64,000 bases of DNA from the NCBI GenBank assembly GCA_036517655.1, contig DATDVE010000013.1:28364-92363 (forward strand), given 5' to 3'. Numbering within the stretch: position 1 is the stretch's first letter; the number at the start of each line of letters is the position of its first letter. Below the pieces are notes generated by a model that was given only the letters and a program-made list of their open reading frames with translations, searched no databases and had not been told where the DNA came from. This stretch comes from Minisyncoccota bacterium. GTDB taxonomy: Bacteria > Patescibacteriota > Minisyncoccia > Phycocordibacterales > DATDSR01. A program made the translations under genes and the position numbers. This document shows, one piece after another, positions 18,752 through 28,585 of this stretch.

Positions 18752-18883
18752 CGCAAATTTGCTTTGAGGCATACTTGTAAGTAGCATCGGCGAGTTCCGT
18801 CAATAGTGGCGGACTTCGCAAGGTCTCATCTTTAACCTTCTTCCCGCGCGAGCAATCGTTGCGGCGGCCCGAAAGGAGCCAGC

Positions 18884-19303
18884 ATGCAAATCACGCGCAG
18901 CCGATTCTTGGCGGCCCTCTCGGCCGCCGCCCTCACCTTCGTCATCGCCTGCAGCAGCGGTGGTGGTCCGACCAGCAAGGAGCCGCCCGACCCGCACGGT
19001 GGCTTCGTGGTCACCTCCACGAGCTTCTGCTACTGCCCGATGCCCGACGGGGCCAACGTGGCCCATGCGAGCCTCGCGTGGGACAAGGCCGATCGCGTCG
19101 ATCCCGACGCGTTCGCCCGGATCATCGGGTTCTACGAGGTCGCGCGCTTCTCCTGCGCCGTCACCCAGACCAGCGGGGCGTGTGGGAGCGTGGTGAACAT
19201 CGGCGATGCCGTCGCGACCCAATACGAGCTCGAGCTCGTTTCGCAGGGGCTGCACCTGTCCACCGGCGGATTCCCGCCCGCGGTCTGTAGTACCTGCCCC
19301 TAG
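18884..19303 (+). CDS. GC-rich orphan putative lipoprotein
   Basis: AAAGGAG SD; MQITRSRFLAAL..VIA-C lipobox-like; promoter TTGACG-17-CATACT at 18748-18776. Confidence 0.6.
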   Translation: MQITRSRFLAALSAAALTFVIACSSGGGPTSKEPPDPHGGFVVTSTSFCYCPMPDGANVAHASLAWDKADRVDPDAFARIIGFYEVARFSCAVTQTSGACGSVVNIGDAVATQYELELVSQGLHLSTGGFPPAVCSTCP

Positions 19304-19398
19304 GGGCAGGCCGAAGGTTGAAGGTCGGGGGCGAGGTATGCACAGTTGTGCTCCTCGCCCCCTTCTCCGTTTGATACTGGCGTACTATAATTTAAGGT

Positions 19399-22095
19399 AT
19401 GCAAAAGGTGCTCTCATTGTCGAAGCTTTCTTTAATATTTACAATCCTGTTCCTTGGACTTGTTGTGACGAATAAAGCGTATGCCCAAAGTGCAGGGTCG
19501 CTCGAGATAATCCCAGAAAACCATGCACTAGTTGGCTTCGGCTACGGCTCAGACGACAAGAATTGTACTCTATATTGGAAGGAGGGCAGAATGTACGCAG
19601 ATGGCACAATAGGTGAGATAGATACCAATTGGCATGAGAAGGGTTGCTATTATGGCAATGCAAATCACTATGGAGATGACACGATCCCGAGTTCGGCTCG
19701 TCAAAAGCAAGCTCCAAGTAACGAGTATCTAACAGCATGGAGTTGGGATTCTGACACAGATGGAGGCAGGAAATTGGGTATTCCCCCAAACGAATATACG
19801 GATATAGATTATCCAGGTAACGAATGTTTCTATCAGATATACCAACAATTTGACCCTAACACTAAGGCATTTATAGGTTCACCTAAGGCTTTCGGCTCGC
19901 CGTATGATGGTAGTTGTAACGAACGCCAATATGAGTTTGCTTGGTTGCAGCGATTCGCTGTCGCAAACCCGGGCAAGGTACTTGTGGCTGTGGGTTTGAG
20001 TCTCGGTGGGGACGGCGACGTTAATTATGTTTCTATTGCTTCGCGCAAACCACCCCCAGCTGCACCTAGCTGTACAACGCCCGGACCGGGGACTAATCAG
20101 ATGATAGGCTGCAAGTTCTACGATGTTCCGTATACCGAGAAGCTCACATATATTGGTGGCAATGCTCCTGCGGGACCAAGTACAGGTAGCCCTGCGCCGA
20201 CGTCATTTACTGCCATTGATCAAATTTTTTCTGGAGGACTTTTAGACGGCTATAAAGATTTTTCTTTACGTTGGCAGGGAACATTCAATTTCTCAAGTGG
20301 CGATTACGATTTTATTCTCGAGAATCCGGATGATGGCGTTAGGTTATATATCGACGGGGCATTAGTCACAGACAAGTGGGTAGTGCAATGCTGCAACAAC
20401 TTTACTACCCGAAGGAGCGGGTTCAGTGGGTCTCATACGATCAAGCTTGAGTACTTCAATCAAGGCGGCCCCGCGCAGGTCAAATTGCGCTGGCAGAAAG
20501 TTGGAGATCCGCCTCCACCCCAACCTACACCCACGCTCACATTCACCGCTAGCCCGCCGAATATTACCTCTCCTGGGCAAGCCTTATTAGAGTGGTCAAG
20601 TTCGAATGTGACATCTTGCACAGCAAGTGCTTCGCCAGCGAATTCCCAATGGACTGGAAGCAAAGCAGTTGGACCTGATAAACAGCAGGATGTCACAAAT
20701 TTAACTCAAACCACAACTTTCTATCTCGAATGCGATGGACCTTATGGCAAAACTCCCAAACGCGAGCAAACTGTTACTGTGAGCCCACCGTCACCCGTAG
20801 AGCCTTACGGTTTCCACGATGGAGTTGAAGCCGACTGCTCGATCACTTGGGGATGGACATGCGATTCTGACGACTTTGCCACGCCACTTAATGTCCGCTT
20901 CTATACTCACGATAACAATGCCTGGCAATTCCGCGGCGAGATGACTGCGGATGGCAATCGGCCCGACGTGGCAAGTAGTTGTGGCGGTAACCCCAATCAC
21001 GGATTCATCTGGACTCTGCCAGAGAGCCTCAAGGACGGTTTTCAGCACGAACTCTCCGCATGGCCTTGCGGCATCCCTGACGACCCCAATATCCCGGGTT
21101 GCGATTATTCGGTGAATCCGCTACCAATACCCAAGATCATTACTTGTGGGGCGCCACCACCACCACCCGCTGTTGATATATCAGCCTCGCCTACTACTGT
21201 GCCCTATAACACAGCGAGCACACTTAGCTGGACGTCGCAAAGCGTAGTTTCCTGTTCCGCCTCCGCCGATCCTATTAACACAAACTGGACAGGCGATAAA
21301 CCGATCTCGAGTTCTGGCTACAGCACCGGCCCGCTCACCGAGACAACCGTGTTCACAATCACCTGTCTCGATGCGGGTAATCAGCCGTACACGGATCGAG
21401 TAACAGTGACTGTGGGACAGCCCGTGGCCAATATTAATCTTACCGCGTCGCCTCAAGCAATCACGCCTGGGGATACGTCGACGCTCAACTGGGATACCTC
21501 TAATATTATCTCCGGATCTTGTGTGGCAAGTGGCGGTTGGTCTGGGACCAAATCGGATTCGGGCAGTCAAGTTGTGGGTCCACTTAATGTGACAACGACT
21601 TTCACTCTCACTTGCAAGGATCTCAATAATCAAGATGTTGTGAAGTCTGTTACGGTGACAGTGGGTTCGGGCACATTGGGAGTGACGCTCTTCATAAATG
21701 CGGGTGGTGGTTGGCAGGAAGATACGCAAGCGGCGCTGCCCGCCAACAATGTTGACCTGCGAGGTGATGTATCTGGAACAGTGCTTGGCCCAATCACATA
21801 CAAATTCTGGTGCGATGCGTCGCAAACAAATCCCACCATCACCGAAACAAGCAATCTTGATCCAAAGGATTACATAGATCTCTGCGATTACACAACGCAG
21901 GGTATATATACAGCTAAAGTGACAATAACTCGGGCAGGCCTGGATGCTTCTGACACGGGTAGAATTACTGTGGCGAGAAGTTGCGCCTTGGGCGCGGCTC
22001 CGAATAATCGCCACTTCGCTCGTCTTGAGTTGGTTGAACCAAGTTTTGACTTACCCGGGCTTATTCAGAGCATTATTCTCGCCATCTCGCATTAA
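19399..22095 (+). CDS. Large secreted surface protein with PA14, Ig-like and PKD-like domains
   Basis: FSLRWQG..F..DDGVRLYIDG..H.IKLEY (PA14); three L.W....SC.AS..W.G repeats. Confidence 0.8.
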   Translation: MQKVLSLSKLSLIFTILFLGLVVTNKAYAQSAGSLEIIPENHALVGFGYGSDDKNCTLYWKEGRMYADGTIGEIDTNWHEKGCYYGNANHYGDDTIPSSARQKQAPSNEYLTAWSWDSDTDGGRKLGIPPNEYTDIDYPGNECFYQIYQQFDPNTKAFIGSPKAFGSPYDGSCNERQYEFAWLQRFAVANPGKVLVAVGLSLGGDGDVNYVSIASRKPPPAAPSCTTPGPGTNQMIGCKFYDVPYTEKLTYIGGNAPAGPSTGSPAPTSFTAIDQIFSGGLLDGYKDFSLRWQGTFNFSSGDYDFILENPDDGVRLYIDGALVTDKWVVQCCNNFTTRRSGFSGSHTIKLEYFNQGGPAQVKLRWQKVGDPPPPQPTPTLTFTASPPNITSPGQALLEWSSSNVTSCTASASPANSQWTGSKAVGPDKQQDVTNLTQTTTFYLECDGPYGKTPKREQTVTVSPPSPVEPYGFHDGVEADCSITWGWTCDSDDFATPLNVRFYTHDNNAWQFRGEMTADGNRPDVASSCGGNPNHGFIWTLPESLKDGFQHELSAWPCGIPDDPNIPGCDYSVNPLPIPKIITCGAPPPPPAVDISASPTTVPYNTASTLSWTSQSVVSCSASADPINTNWTGDKPISSSGYSTGPLTETTVFTITCLDAGNQPYTDRVTVTVGQPVANINLTASPQAITPGDTSTLNWDTSNIISGSCVASGGWSGTKSDSGSQVVGPLNVTTTFTLTCKDLNNQDVVKSVTVTVGSGTLGVTLFINAGGGWQEDTQAALPANNVDLRGDVSGTVLGPITYKFWCDASQTNPTITETSNLDPKDYIDLCDYTTQGIYTAKVTITRAGLDASDTGRITVARSCALGAAPNNRHFARLELVEPSFDLPGLIQSIILAISH

Positions 22096-22122
22096 GAGCC
22101 AGTCTAAGCTATATTTACACTT

Positions 22123-25100
22123 ATGACTGGCCCCACACCGGCTAATTTGCCAGAGAAGTCTGACGCTGCCAAGAGAGAAGAAGAAACTCTCAAGTTTTGG
22201 CAGGAAAACAAAATCTTCGAGAAGTCCCTCAAGTTAAGAGAGGGCAAAGAAGAGTTTGTCTTTTATGATGGCCCACCGTTTGCTACCGGCTTGCCCCACC
22301 ATGGCACATTACTTTCCTCTGTGGCTAAAGATGTTATTCCGCGATACAAAACAATGCGCGGGTTTTATGTACGCAGGCGCTGGGGCTGGGATACTCACGG
22401 TTTACCTATAGAGAATATGATCGAGAAGGATTTGGGGCTAAAGTCAAAAAAAGATATTTTGGCATTGGGGATTGAGCAGTTTAACGAAGCTTGCCGGGCT
22501 AAAGTTATGCAATACGCGCATGATTGGCAGAAATACGTTGATCGAGTTGGGCGCTGGGTTGAGTTTGAGAGCGCATACAAGACAATGGACGCAACGTACA
22601 CAGAGAGCGTGTGGTGGGCGCTCAAACAAATGCACGAGAAAGGCTTGCTATATGAGGGCAGGAAAGTGCTCATGTACTGTCCACATTGCGAGACGCCCCT
22701 GGCCAAAGCCGAGATTGCCATGGATAACTCATATAAAGATGTTACAGAAGAAGCCGTCACAGTGAAGTTTAGGTTGAAAATTGAAAATTGGAAATTGAAA
22801 ATTGCAGATACGCCCACGTATCTGCTGGCCTGGACTACCACGCCATGGACACTCCCTGCCAATGTGGCACTAGCTGTTGGGCCGGAGATCGAGTACTCGT
22901 TAGTAACTCACCCGGACTCCGTCTCGCCCTCTCTTATTAATAAGAGAGGGGTAGGGGTGAGTTATATTGTGGCTTCCGCATTAGTTGAGAAGCATTTTGG
23001 CAAAGATGCAAAAGTTGAGAAAACTTTTTTTGGCAAAGATTTAGAGGGGATAGAGTACGAGCCGCTCTTCCAGATTCCAGCTGTCCAGCAATCTGGTAAG
23101 CCAGCGTACTATGTTGCTCTGGCAGACTTTGTGAGTACAGAAGAAGGCACAGGCATTGTGCACACGGCTGTGATATATGGCGAGGACGACTACCAGCTAG
23201 GACTGAAAAATGATTTGCCCATGGTTCCCATATTAAATTCAAATGGCACTTACAATGATTTAGTGCCGGAGTTTTTGCAGGGGCAATACATCAAGAAAGC
23301 AGATAAGTTAGTGATAGAGGATCTCGAGAAGAGGGGTTTACTTTTCTCCAAAGCGCCAAACACGCATAGTTATCCGCATTGTTATCGTTGTGGCACGGCG
23401 CTCATATATAACGCGCTCTCCAGTTGGTTTGTCAACATTCAGAAGATCAAAGCGCGCATGATTGAGCTCAATGAGAAGATAAACTGGGTGCCAGAGCACC
23501 TGAAGCACGGCAGATTCTTGAACATTGTCGAGAACGCCCCCGATTGGACAATCTCGCGTAACAGATTCTGGGCAAGTCCATTGCCGATCTGGAAATGTAG
23601 TGAATGCGATTTAGTTAAAGTTGTGGGATCCCTCTCGGATTTGGAAGATAACCGCTCCACCAAACCGAATAAGTACATTTTGGTTCGTCATGGTCAGAGC
23701 GAAAAGAATAGTGGCAACGGAGAGCAGGGGGTCATCGCCACTACTCGCGAGGGTGATAGGTACCACTTAACAGAAGAAGGTCGAGAGCAGAGCAGGAAAA
23801 TTGCCTCTGAACTCAAATCACAAAACATTGACCTAATTGTGACCTCGCCTTATCTGCGCACTAAGGAGACGGCAGAGGCAATAGGAAGCCTTCTGGGCGT
23901 GAAGGTAGAAGAGGACGAAAGATTGAAGGAACTCCAGCTGGGTCAGACGCTCGAGGGCAAGACATGGGATGCTTTCAGAGAATTCGAGGGGAAGCGCGGT
24001 TTCGATGATCACTTAGGAGAGGGAGAGAGTTGTCGCGAGATGTTGGAACGTATGAGAGCCGTTGTTGTTGACCTAGATAAGAAGTACCAAGGGAAAAGCA
24101 TTGTTCTTGTGAGCCATGGTGATCCACTTTGGCTTCTGCGTTCTTATCTTATGAATCTCTCTCCTCAAGAAACACTCAAGCAGCATGATTCTCTGTATCC
24201 TAAGCGGGGGGAATTTTATGTTTTATCTCACAGCAATTACCCAAGGAACAAAAACATGGAGCTTGATTTTCACCGGCCCTACATTGATGCGATTAAGCTT
24301 GCTTGTTCATGTGGGGGCGAAATGGTGCGCATACCGGAGGTGGTTGATTGCTGGGTGGAATCTGGCTCGATGCCCTTCGCCGAGTATCATTACCCCACAG
24401 AAAACAAAAAAGAATTTGAAGGCCGATTTCCGGGAGACTACATAGCCGAGTACATTTCCCAGACCAGGACTTGGTTCTATTACATGCTCGCTGTTTCGAC
24501 AGCACTCTTTGATCGCGAGCCATTCAAGAATGTTGTAACAACTGGCAACTTACTTGCAGCGGATGGAGCCAAGATAAGTAAGTCTAAAGGCAACTATACG
24601 GACCCGCTTCTTCTGATTGATAAATATGGAGCAGATGCATATCGCTACTACGAAATGGTATCTGTTGTTATGCAGGGGGAAGATGCGCTCTTCAAAGACG
24701 ACGAGGTGAAAGAAGTGTATCAGCGCATGATAAACATTCTCTGGAATGTTGTTCAATTTTATACGACGTATAAAATTGAAGGGCAAAGTGCAAAGGTCAA
24801 AAATCAAAATTACACTTCAAAATTTGAAAATGTGCTGGATCGGTGGATACTCGCAAGATTGGCAGAACTCAATCGTGATGTGACAGAGAATCTAGATAAA
24901 TTTGATACAGTCAAAGCCGGTCGGCCAATCAGGGACTTTGTCACGGATCTATCAACCTGGTATATTCGCCGGTCGCGCGATCGCTTTAAATCAGATAATG
25001 CGCAAGATAGAGACAGTGCTATTGGGACGACTAGATTTGTGCTGCTGGAGCTCTCTAAACTAATAGCGCCGTTTATGCCATTCCTTGCCGAACAAGTATA

Positions 25101-25605
25101 CAAAGCCGTAGGTGGTGAACTCGAGTCAGTCCATCTGGAGAACTGGACTGAAATAAAGTCCGAGCCAGAGCATTCTGATGTTCTTGAGAACACCAGAATA
25201 ACGCGCGACATAGTGTCGCTAGCGCTCGAGGCACGCCAGAAGGAGGGGATCAAAGTGCGCCAGCCGCTTGCAAGTTTACAAACTAGCGCAAAGCTTGCTC
25301 CAGAATATCTGGAGTTGATAAAAGACGAGGTGAATGTCAAAGAAGTAAAGTTTGGCCCAGAGCTCCTTCTCGACACAAACATAACGCCTGAACTCGAACT
25401 CGAAGGCAAGATGCGCGATCTAGTAAGATCTGTGCAAGAGAAGCGCAAGGACTTGGGTCTCCAGCCCACTGATCAGGTCAATCTCACTCTCCCAACTTCA
25501 CTTGGGGATCTGATCCCTAAGTTTGAAAGCGAAATCAAAAAATCTGTGCATGCACAAAATGTGTCATTAGCAGACACACAAGAAATAAAGATAGAAAAAG
25601 TATGA
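22123..25605 (+). CDS. ileS: Isoleucine--tRNA ligase (type 2) with an inserted histidine phosphatase domain
   Basis: DGPPFATGLPHHG, GWDTHGLP, WTTTPWT, GTGIVH, DWTISRNRFW, QTRTWFY and KISKS; internal RHG domain. Confidence 0.97.
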   Translation: MTGPTPANLPEKSDAAKREEETLKFWQENKIFEKSLKLREGKEEFVFYDGPPFATGLPHHGTLLSSVAKDVIPRYKTMRGFYVRRRWGWDTHGLPIENMIEKDLGLKSKKDILALGIEQFNEACRAKVMQYAHDWQKYVDRVGRWVEFESAYKTMDATYTESVWWALKQMHEKGLLYEGRKVLMYCPHCETPLAKAEIAMDNSYKDVTEEAVTVKFRLKIENWKLKIADTPTYLLAWTTTPWTLPANVALAVGPEIEYSLVTHPDSVSPSLINKRGVGVSYIVASALVEKHFGKDAKVEKTFFGKDLEGIEYEPLFQIPAVQQSGKPAYYVALADFVSTEEGTGIVHTAVIYGEDDYQLGLKNDLPMVPILNSNGTYNDLVPEFLQGQYIKKADKLVIEDLEKRGLLFSKAPNTHSYPHCYRCGTALIYNALSSWFVNIQKIKARMIELNEKINWVPEHLKHGRFLNIVENAPDWTISRNRFWASPLPIWKCSECDLVKVVGSLSDLEDNRSTKPNKYILVRHGQSEKNSGNGEQGVIATTREGDRYHLTEEGREQSRKIASELKSQNIDLIVTSPYLRTKETAEAIGSLLGVKVEEDERLKELQLGQTLEGKTWDAFREFEGKRGFDDHLGEGESCREMLERMRAVVVDLDKKYQGKSIVLVSHGDPLWLLRSYLMNLSPQETLKQHDSLYPKRGEFYVLSHSNYPRNKNMELDFHRPYIDAIKLACSCGGEMVRIPEVVDCWVESGSMPFAEYHYPTENKKEFEGRFPGDYIAEYISQTRTWFYYMLAVSTALFDREPFKNVVTTGNLLAADGAKISKSKGNYTDPLLLIDKYGADAYRYYEMVSVVMQGEDALFKDDEVKEVYQRMINILWNVVQFYTTYKIEGQSAKVKNQNYTSKFENVLDRWILARLAELNRDVTENLDKFDTVKAGRPIRDFVTDLSTWYIRRSRDRFKSDNAQDRDSAIGTTRFVLLELSKLIAPFMPFLAEQVYKAVGGELESVHLENWTEIKSEPEHSDVLENTRITRDIVSLALEARQKEGIKVRQPLASLQTSAKLAPEYLELIKDEVNVKEVKFGPELLLDTNITPELELEGKMRDLVRSVQEKRKDLGLQPTDQVNLTLPTSLGDLIPKFESEIKKSVHAQNVSLADTQEIKIEKV
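22904..22964. mobile_element. In-frame miniature of the DUF559 element inside ileS
   Basis: TAACTCACCCGGACTCCGTCTCGCCCTCTCTTATTAATAAGAGAGGGGTAGGGGTGAGTTA. Confidence 0.85.
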
Positions 25606-26198
25606 GGCGGGTAATTATTGTGCATTGTTGGGAAGGGACTCCTGATTTTTGTTGGTATTCTTATGCCAAGCGCGAACTGGAGAAATTGGGTTTCGAAGTT
25701 AATGTTCCGGCTATGCCGGACACCAGTACTCCCCGATTTATTCCATGGCTCACTAAACTGCAGGAGGAGATTGGGTCAGCAAGTGAGGAGCTGTATCTTA
25801 TTGGTCATAGTTTGGGCGGACCAACTATAATGAAGTATTTGGGAACTCTCGCAGAAGGTACAAAAGTGGGTGGGGTTGTGTTTGTTGCCGTACCCACAGA
25901 TACACTAGATGAAGTTGCTGCAATTCAAGACAAATCCGTTTTGCCAGAATTCTTTGGTGACGGGATAAATTGGAATAAAGTTAAAGAAAGCTCAAAGGCA
26001 TTTATCGGCATTTATTCTGACGACGATCCATATATAGACTCAAGACACGCGGAAGTGATTAAAGAAAAACTTGGAGCAGAAATTATCACAAAACATGGTT
26101 TGGGGCACATGTCTGAACCAGACGGTGAGGGTGACATAATGGTAGTCAAAGAACTGCCCGACGTTGTCGAAGCAATTAAAAAGCTAGCGCATGTCTGA
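25602..26198 (+). CDS. RBBP9/YdeN-family alpha/beta hydrolase
   Basis: GHSLG, SDDDPY and GH motifs. Confidence 0.9.
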   Translation: MRRVIIVHCWEGTPDFCWYSYAKRELEKLGFEVNVPAMPDTSTPRFIPWLTKLQEEIGSASEELYLIGHSLGGPTIMKYLGTLAEGTKVGGVVFVAVPTDTLDEVAAIQDKSVLPEFFGDGINWNKVKESSKAFIGIYSDDDPYIDSRHAEVIKEKLGAEIITKHGLGHMSEPDGEGDIMVVKELPDVVEAIKKLAHV

Positions 26199-26658
26199 AC
26201 GTATTTACACAACTAGGGCTTTAGTTTTGAGTGAGCGAGCTAGTGGGGAGGCTAGTAAAGTTTTTACACTTTTTACTCGGGAGTTGGGTTTGGTCTATGC
26301 TTATGCGCGATCTGTTAGAGAAGTACGTTCTAAGTTGCGCTACAACTTGCCGCTCTACTCGCATACTCTTGTTTCGCTTGTGCCAGGCAGGGAATACTGG
26401 CGATTGGTGGGAGCGGAGAATTCTGAAAGGGGGATATCAGCCGAACTTTGCAGGTTTATTTGTCGTTTCATGGGCGAGCACGAGCCTCACGTTGATATTT
26501 TTGACATGCTTACTGTCGGGGTAACTGGACAAGACGGAAACGAGAGAGAACTTAAACTTAACATATTAGATAAGCTTGGTTATGTGGGCGTACGGGCAGA
26601 ATCGGACAAGCATAGGGAGCAACTGATAGAGCAGGGTATATACGCCAGCCATTTATAA
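26191..26658 (+). CDS. recO: DNA repair protein RecO (short form)
   Basis: A.VL.....GEA....LFT.ELG.V.A.A..VR...SKL N-terminal OB fold. Confidence 0.8.
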   Translation: MSERIYTTRALVLSERASGEASKVFTLFTRELGLVYAYARSVREVRSKLRYNLPLYSHTLVSLVPGREYWRLVGAENSERGISAELCRFICRFMGEHEPHVDIFDMLTVGVTGQDGNERELKLNILDKLGYVGVRAESDKHREQLIEQGIYASHL

Positions 26659-26677
26659 GTTCGTGTTATAATAAGTC

Positions 26678-28585
26678 ATGGCTGAACATGACAAGGGTCT
26701 AGTCGAAGACCTTAAGCAGAAATTATACAAAAGGGGCACATTCAAGGCTGATATCAGCCGAGCGCAGCAATCTTTGCCACGAACTGAAGTGGCTCCAGAC
26801 TGGGATAAAGAAGAAGAACCAGTGACCAGAGGTTTGCTAAACCCATCTTTCCTCAAGAAATTCTTTTTAGTTGCATTGCTTTTCTTCGTTCTCGCTGTTG
26901 CTGCTTCAGCTTTCATAATTTGGAGCGGTTCGAATGTTGTCTCGGCAGATAATCTCGAGATTACGCTCAAGGGTCCGACTTCGCTTAAGGGTGGCGACGA
27001 GCTTGGTCTTTCCGTTGCGGTTGCGAATAACAATGCTACTTCCTTAGAATTTGTTGACCTTATCGTTACATTCCCGCCTGGCACGCGCGAGGCGGATAAC
27101 CTGGAGAAGGAGTTGGTCCGTTACCGAAAGAACTTGGGCACTCTTAACAAGGGAGACGTTGCGAACGAATCTGTTAAGGCAGTTTTATTCGGTGAGGCCG
27201 GTAAGGAGCAGGAAGTTAAGGTCACGGTAGAGTATAGGACCACCGGTTCTAATGCTATCTTCGAGAAGAATAAAACCTACACAGTTCTTATCTCTTCATC
27301 GCCGCTTGATTTGTCACTCTCTTTGCCAGATGAAGTGAATGCTGGTAATCAAGTGCAACTTGTAATTGATGTTGCTTCGCGTGCGACAAGCGAACTCTCC
27401 GATATATTGGTAAACGCGAGCTATCCTTCCGGGTTTAGATTCAAGGATGCAAGTCCTAAGCCAATTTTTGGCAATAATGTTTGGCGGATTGGTGATATGC
27501 AAGGAGATATCAGGAGACGTATAACTATTACTGGGGTCCTTGACGGTGAGGATAATGAGAAGAAACTTTTCAAGGTTGTTGCCGGCCGAGCCAAGGAGAC
27601 TAGCGACAATGAGGTCGGAGTTCCGTATGGATCCACTTTCGCAACTGTCGTGATGCGTCGATCATTCGTTGATCTTGCTGCAAGCTTCTCTGGCCAAGCT
27701 GCATCAGAAATTATCTCTGCGCCCAGTCAGACTTTGCGCGGTAGCATAGCGTGGACTAATAATCTGGGTGACAAGCTTATAAATGGTACCGTAAGCGTGC
27801 GTCTATCTGGGAACGCTCTAGATCAAAGTAGTGTATCAGTTGGATCTGGTTCATACCGGTCTCTCGACAATACGATAACTTGGAAAGAGCAACACGACCA
27901 GTCGCTCGCACTCATCGAGCCTGGCAGTTCTGGGCAGATCAGTTTCGATATCTCTACGCTCTCAAGTGACAAATTGGGGGCTTCGGGTATACGTAACCCT
28001 TTTATCCAGGCTGACGTAACCTTCGAGGCGACTCGCGTAACCGAGGATGGTTCCGGAGATATTGTTCGGACTTCTGTTTCGAGACTGATCCGTCTCAATT
28101 CTGCTCTTGATCTTGGAGCGAAGGCGGTGTACACGGTTGGTCCATTCGCAAACTCTGGGCCGATGCCGCCCAAGGTGAACGTCGAGACCACTTATACTCT
28201 CGTTTGGTCTGTTCTGAGCGCTTCCAATGACCTTAACGGAGTAACGGTAAGGGGACTCCTGCCTTCGCATACTCGTTTTTTGGGCAATGTATCACCTTCA
28301 GGTGCTGACCTACGTTTCGAAGCCACGACTGGTATTGTTTCTTGGAATGTGGGGAGACTAGAGGCGTCTCCGTCGAGTGTTTCCCCTCGCGAGGTTGCTT
28401 TCCAAATTGCTCTCTTGCCCAGCTTGCCCCAGGCGGATCAGACCTTGCCACTTATGACGAATATGAATGCGAGCGGCCGGGATCTATTTACGGGAGAGAC
28501 GATTTCTGATAGCGTGCCACTTATTGACACGCGCATATCCGAAGACCCTAATTTCCAAGAATCATGGAGCAAAATAGCAAATTAG
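26678..28585 (+). CDS. Membrane-anchored multi-Ig-like-domain protein
   Basis: One N-terminal TM segment followed by beta-rich repeats. Confidence 0.7.
   Translation: MAEHDKGLVEDLKQKLYKRGTFKADISRAQQSLPRTEVAPDWDKEEEPVTRGLLNPSFLKKFFLVALLFFVLAVAASAFIIWSGSNVVSADNLEITLKGPTSLKGGDELGLSVAVANNNATSLEFVDLIVTFPPGTREADNLEKELVRYRKNLGTLNKGDVANESVKAVLFGEAGKEQEVKVTVEYRTTGSNAIFEKNKTYTVLISSSPLDLSLSLPDEVNAGNQVQLVIDVASRATSELSDILVNASYPSGFRFKDASPKPIFGNNVWRIGDMQGDIRRRITITGVLDGEDNEKKLFKVVAGRAKETSDNEVGVPYGSTFATVVMRRSFVDLAASFSGQAASEIISAPSQTLRGSIAWTNNLGDKLINGTVSVRLSGNALDQSSVSVGSGSYRSLDNTITWKEQHDQSLALIEPGSSGQISFDISTLSSDKLGASGIRNPFIQADVTFEATRVTEDGSGDIVRTSVSRLIRLNSALDLGAKAVYTVGPFANSGPMPPKVNVETTYTLVWSVLSASNDLNGVTVRGLLPSHTRFLGNVSPSGADLRFEATTGIVSWNVGRLEASPSSVSPREVAFQIALLPSLPQADQTLPLMTNMNASGRDLFTGETISDSVPLIDTRISEDPNFQESWSKIAN

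Noticed and set aside
21181-22014. 277-aa minus-strand ORF and similar long antisense ORFs (e.g. 24810-25469, 14036-14599)
   Set aside because: Shadows of well-supported genes, with no recognisable motifs.
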